Shown here in pieces: positions 50,146-54,014 of a DNA stretch of 54,014 nt. The DNA is from Girardia tigrina (lineage: Eukaryota), in contig MQRK01239521.1 of the NCBI GenBank assembly GCA_001938485.1, forward strand, positions 18,696-72,709. Reading direction: 5' to 3'. A model generated the notes under the pieces. That model was not told the DNA's origin, did no database searches, and worked only from the letters and a program-made list of their open reading frames with translations. Position 1 is the stretch's first letter. The number at the start of each line of letters is the position of its first letter. A program made the position numbers and the translations under genes.

Positions 50146-51815
50146 CACATTTGATAATTTTTGTGTAATGTTTAGTTTATGTATATTTAAAAAGGAATTC
50201 TACCTAAGAATTAATATTAGCAAACTATCTAGATCAGTGATATGCAACATATAAATATTTGTGTGTAACCCAATGAATATCTCGTACTTGTCAAATAATT
50301 AGAAAATGACCAGTTCTAGATAGGTGTACCACTATTTTCTTTAGTTGGTTTTATAATGACAGTACATAGTTTCTTTGGCAACAGACAAATGGTTCACTGC
50401 GTATTGAAAATGGTGACAGGTCGATTCGACTAGTGGTCGGGAATAACTTGGATAGTTAACATATTTTGTATGAGTTACTTTTATTCTGACTGTTCTTTAG
50501 AACAATATTTTTATAAAGATAAAATCAAAATTTTTAGAGACTTTGAGACTGGTTAATCTTTTAGTTGCTTCAAATGTTATTTTCGAAAAAAATGCATTTG
50601 AAGAATTTTTCGGTTAAAAAAATATTTTTCAAAGAAATTATCGGATACCGATCCTTAAACAAAGAGCGGATCCAAGAGACCAACCCGGGAGGGGGGGGGG
50701 TAATTTTGATTTTAAAAAAATTATAGGAGTCCGATTAAAGTATTTTATTATCACTTTTTTTTTAAATAATTGACCAACAGGCAGAAACACAGATCAACAT
50801 TTTTAAAAAACGTGTTTTGAATTGTACAGACCTCAAAAGGTAAAACTTTTTCGAATACAATACTACCCTTAAGCTAGGGAAGTAAAAAGCAGCAGGTTTT
50901 TAAGCACAAATATTAAACGAAAATATTTTGTGACATAATAGTAAAACAGTGGACATGTGAGTTGTGTAAAATAAGCTTACTCCTGATCTCACGGAAAAAG
51001 ATTGCGCCAGGGTAACTAGTAGGGATGTGTTAATATTTTAATGATGTTATCAAATCGCTATAAATCAGAAATGGGACAAACAAAATTTACTTCATGTATT
51101 ACAACCTCATGAAAGTACTTCAATTCTTTAATCCGTCGATGCCCAACCATCCGTGACAACAGTAGTTCCCTCGTCGACATTTCTCAAGATCAATTGATCA
51201 AAATTTTTTATTTTCTTTTAATTTTCTTTAATGAAATGTTTTAATGTATATTGAAATTATTATTACTGTTTCTTGTGGGGGGTACCATGAACTTCGTTGA
51301 GGTACCGAAACAGTAATATCGAACATTAGCATTAAACTGAGTAATTCTGGTAAATAATTTTTTAAATAATTTTTTTTTATTATGTTTATTAATTTTTGAA
51401 ATATGTTTAATGACAATTATTTAGCGTACCCTTGAGTGTTGACCACTGATCTAGATCACCAACGAAGATTAAATAAAAACATTTTTTCTTGTCGTGGACA
51501 TTTAAGAAGAATTGCGTTAAAATAAAAATTAATTTAAATTAGATTCTAAAATCATTTGCAATTTGAAAAAAATATTAAAAATTTCAAATATAAAAATTTC
51601 AAGAATTAATCAAAATCATTTGATAAACAGTAATAATTAGACAGAAAATGTGATAAAATCAATAAAAAATGTATTTACTTGCACATCGGTTTATCGTCGC
51701 TCCGCAACACGATGACAACTTTTCCGTGTTCGCCGTGGCATCTTTTGCATTTTTCATCGGCTAAATTCAACCGCTTAACGAGTTTCGGTAAATCGTCATC
51801 GTTATTGTCGCACAT
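43602..51815 (-). CDS. CTU2: Cytoplasmic tRNA 2-thiolation protein 2 (CTU2/NCS2), 9 exons
   Basis: Exons 51815-51679, 48986-48848, 48790-48730, 48681-48599, 44462-44200, 44154-43981, 43929-43866, 43811(or 43799)-43659, 43631-43602. All GT-AG and in phase. Motifs CKRC, HKFR, IGFSGGPSS, IAQG, QPMR, FPSTIYTISRTAEK, CRFC, LCYTC. Confidence 0.88.
44816..45279 (+). mobile_element. Older copy 3 of the solo-LTR-like family, in CTU2 intron 4
   Basis: TGTGAAGAATATTT start, CTCCTACCCAGATGG motif, GTTCTTTA end interrupted by the next element. Confidence 0.65.
45280..45832. mobile_element. Degenerate piggyBac-like non-autonomous element
   Basis: CCCGTTAACGTGCA / TGCGTTAAAAGG ends flanked by TTAG and TCAA (decayed TTAA). 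Confidence 0.55.
46255..48369. mobile_element. Non-autonomous hAT (Charlie-like) element in CTU2 intron 4
   Basis: TIR CCGTGGTTCTC; TSD GTTTAAAG/GTTTAAGA. Confidence 0.7.
46749..47173 (+). mobile_element. 5S rRNA-derived SINE (SINE3-like)
   Basis: Head 46749-46857 matches 5S (CGTCCGATCTCCGAAGTTAAGCA, GTTAGTACTT, TGGGTGACC, GGGAA); ~315-bp unrelated body; short A tail; TSD AAATACGTTTA/AAAAACGTTTA. Confidence 0.82.
50116..50143. repeat. (TA)n microsatellite
   Basis: Directly visible. Confidence 0.9.
50235..51448. mobile_element. Non-autonomous hAT element in CTU2 intron 1
   Basis: Perfect 8-bp TSD ATCTAGAT; CAGTG...CACTG termini. Confidence 0.85.
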
Positions 51816-52892
51816 GTGATTGTAATTTGAATTTTTAAAAATGATTTATTTACAGTGAATATTTAAACAAAATGTGTAGATAATTATTTTTTTAATTATT
51901 ATTATTTAACTTAAAATAATTAATATGAGATGTAGAGTCAATTTCAAAATTTTAACATATTTCAACGAAAATAATACATTTTTCTACAAATTAACTATTT
52001 TAAAATATGGTACTAATGACAACAAAATTATAGTTTGGCAACTTTAGATTTCATATTTTTTGGAATTAGTTAATTTGTTGAATTTACTTTACTTTTCTTC
52101 ATTAAGTGAAAATTTGTTAAAAAATGACGGTTACGTGTAATTAAATATGAAATAAAATTTTCCAAAAATTTTCATATAAAATTGTTATAATAATGAGAAA
52201 TAAATTATACACTAAAAGTAATGAATCATTAATTACATTGAGATTTTTATTGATTCACAAAATTAAAAACAGATTTTTTCTCATTATAATTTGAAAAGTT
52301 ACGTGTGGATATATTTGTTTTAAAAAATTATTGTAATTAAACTACAGAAATAGTTAGAAAAGCATTGTGTAAACTAGAACTTGTATCACTAACGAAAGAA
52401 TTTTATTTAATTTATGTAACTTTTAATTTATGTAAATTTCAAGAATTTTTGGGTGCAATATAAATCAGTTTATATTAGAAAATTTCAAAAACTAATAAAA
52501 ATGTTTGCTTTAATTTAAGTGAAGATTAAATTTTTCTCTATAAATATTAATTTTTTATCTCATATTTCTCAAGATGGTAAGACAAAGTAGAAAAAAACTT
52601 AATAACCCGTAATTTTGAATAAATGAATATTAAACTTAAAAAGAAAGGTATTTCCATTCTCAAATAAAAGATTTTTAAAATTTAGATTTTTATTAATATT
52701 TTAAGTAAAATTATGCACATAAATGCATATTTTGAGGAGTTGTTAACTCGAATAAGTTGATAATTAAACTGGTTTAAGCAGAAATATATCAGACCACATA
52801 AATTGAGTATATTGGTATGGTTTTTGGTGCAGTAAATCTGTAGGATCACGGTGGAATTCAATCTATTTTGTCCGGCTGAAAAACATTATAAG

Positions 52893-54014
52893 TAGAGAGC
52901 GGAATAATTACGGTAAAAAAATGTCAAATTTCCGGTATAATTTCCGGTAAAAATAAGGTAAAATTACGGTATTAATTACGGTAAAATATAATGAAATGAA
53001 AAATACCAACATAAAACATTTATTTGTTGTAATANNNNNNNNNNNNNNNNNNNNNNNNNNNNNNNNNNNNNNNNNNNNNNNNNNNNNNNNNNNNNNNNNT
53101 TTAAAAGTGAAAAAGATCTTTCAGCTGAAGCAGAAACAAGTGGAACATATTCAAATAATTTTTCTTCAATCCCACATGTAACTGCATTATATGTTAAAAA
53201 GAAATTTAAATCTGGATTTTTTTTATCAATGCACTCATTTTCTTTACCAGTACTACATCGTTATCTTCATGCACTTTGGAAATTACTTTCAATAAAATTT
53301 TGACCTGTTCTTCCGTTTGAATTGCTTCATTTTCAAGTTTATTTATTGCCTCTGTTATAAATTGACAGTTGTTCACAAATCGTAGTTGATTGATCAATGT
53401 TTCATTTTCAAAAACAATACTTAGTTGGCAATAAATGGTTGGGTTTGAATTGAAAAAATTCAAAAGTATTGCATAGTTTTTAAATATATACGATACACAT
53501 TCAATCCATGTACCCCACTTGTCAAAACAGGGAATTTTGGCAGCTTTATTTGTGTATTTTTGATAAATTCCTCCTGATTATTTTTATTTTTAATAAAAAT
53601 TCTTTTAAAATCTGCCATAAAAGAATCTAATTTTGTACAATTTTGTCGTATTGTTTCACATAAGCGATGTAACATGTGGCATAAACAAGTCACATGCTTC
53701 AATTTTGGAAAAAGCAACTTTAAAATTTTTCCAGCTTTAACTGCACATGGAGCAGCATCTGATACCAGCAACCTCAATAGAGAATAATTAATATTCCCAC
53801 CATATAATTGAGTTAACGTGCAAATTATTCTTTGGTTGATGACTTCTGCATTTGTTTTGTCAATATCTACAACAGATATTAATTTAGGCGATAACAGGTA
53901 TTCACCACATTGCCCAATTAAAATATTTAAAATTGATCTACCAGTAATGGTTGTCGCCTCATCAAATATCAAATAAATTGGAATATTTCGATATTTTAAA
54001 TAAAGATCTGTTAT
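52893..54014 (-). mobile_element. hAT-like (DUF659/CGGBP1-type) transposon, partial, running off the window
   Basis: DEATT..GRSILNILIG, VSDAAP, HVTCLCHMLH, PVLT motifs with frameshift; TAGAGAGCGG end followed by TTACGGTA/TTCCGGTA subterminal repeats. Confidence 0.8.

Noticed and set aside
50990-51030. Second 5S-like fragment
   Set aside because: Too short and degenerate to support.
51281-51318. Hammerhead ribozyme
   Set aside because: Has TGA...GAAA but no CTGATGA core or valid stem III.

Overview
AT-rich animal (metazoan) nuclear DNA, not prokaryotic. Most of the window is nested transposable elements: several hAT lineages, a Minos-like Tc1, mariners, a Chapaev3-like fragment, piggyBac-like MITEs, two full-length Gypsy LTR retrotransposons, solo-LTR-like inserts and a 5S-rRNA-derived SINE. 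Two host genes are supported. One is an intronless 1177-aa double-module ankyrin-repeat gene (+, 26614-30147). The other is a 9-exon CTU2 gene (-, 43602-51815) with tiny 27-57 nt introns plus two large TE-filled introns. The most unusual observation is a Gypsy element whose primer-binding site pairs with the 5' 12 nt of tRNA-Lys(UUU) rather than a tRNA 3' end, and which has no recognisable polypurine tract. Also notable are a -1 frameshift signal in the second Gypsy, a 2.35-kb TG..CA insert with intron-like segments, a TG..TA solo-LTR-like family and a structurally compensated, truncated 5S head on a SINE. All calls were made by eye; family names come from recalled motifs, not database searches.
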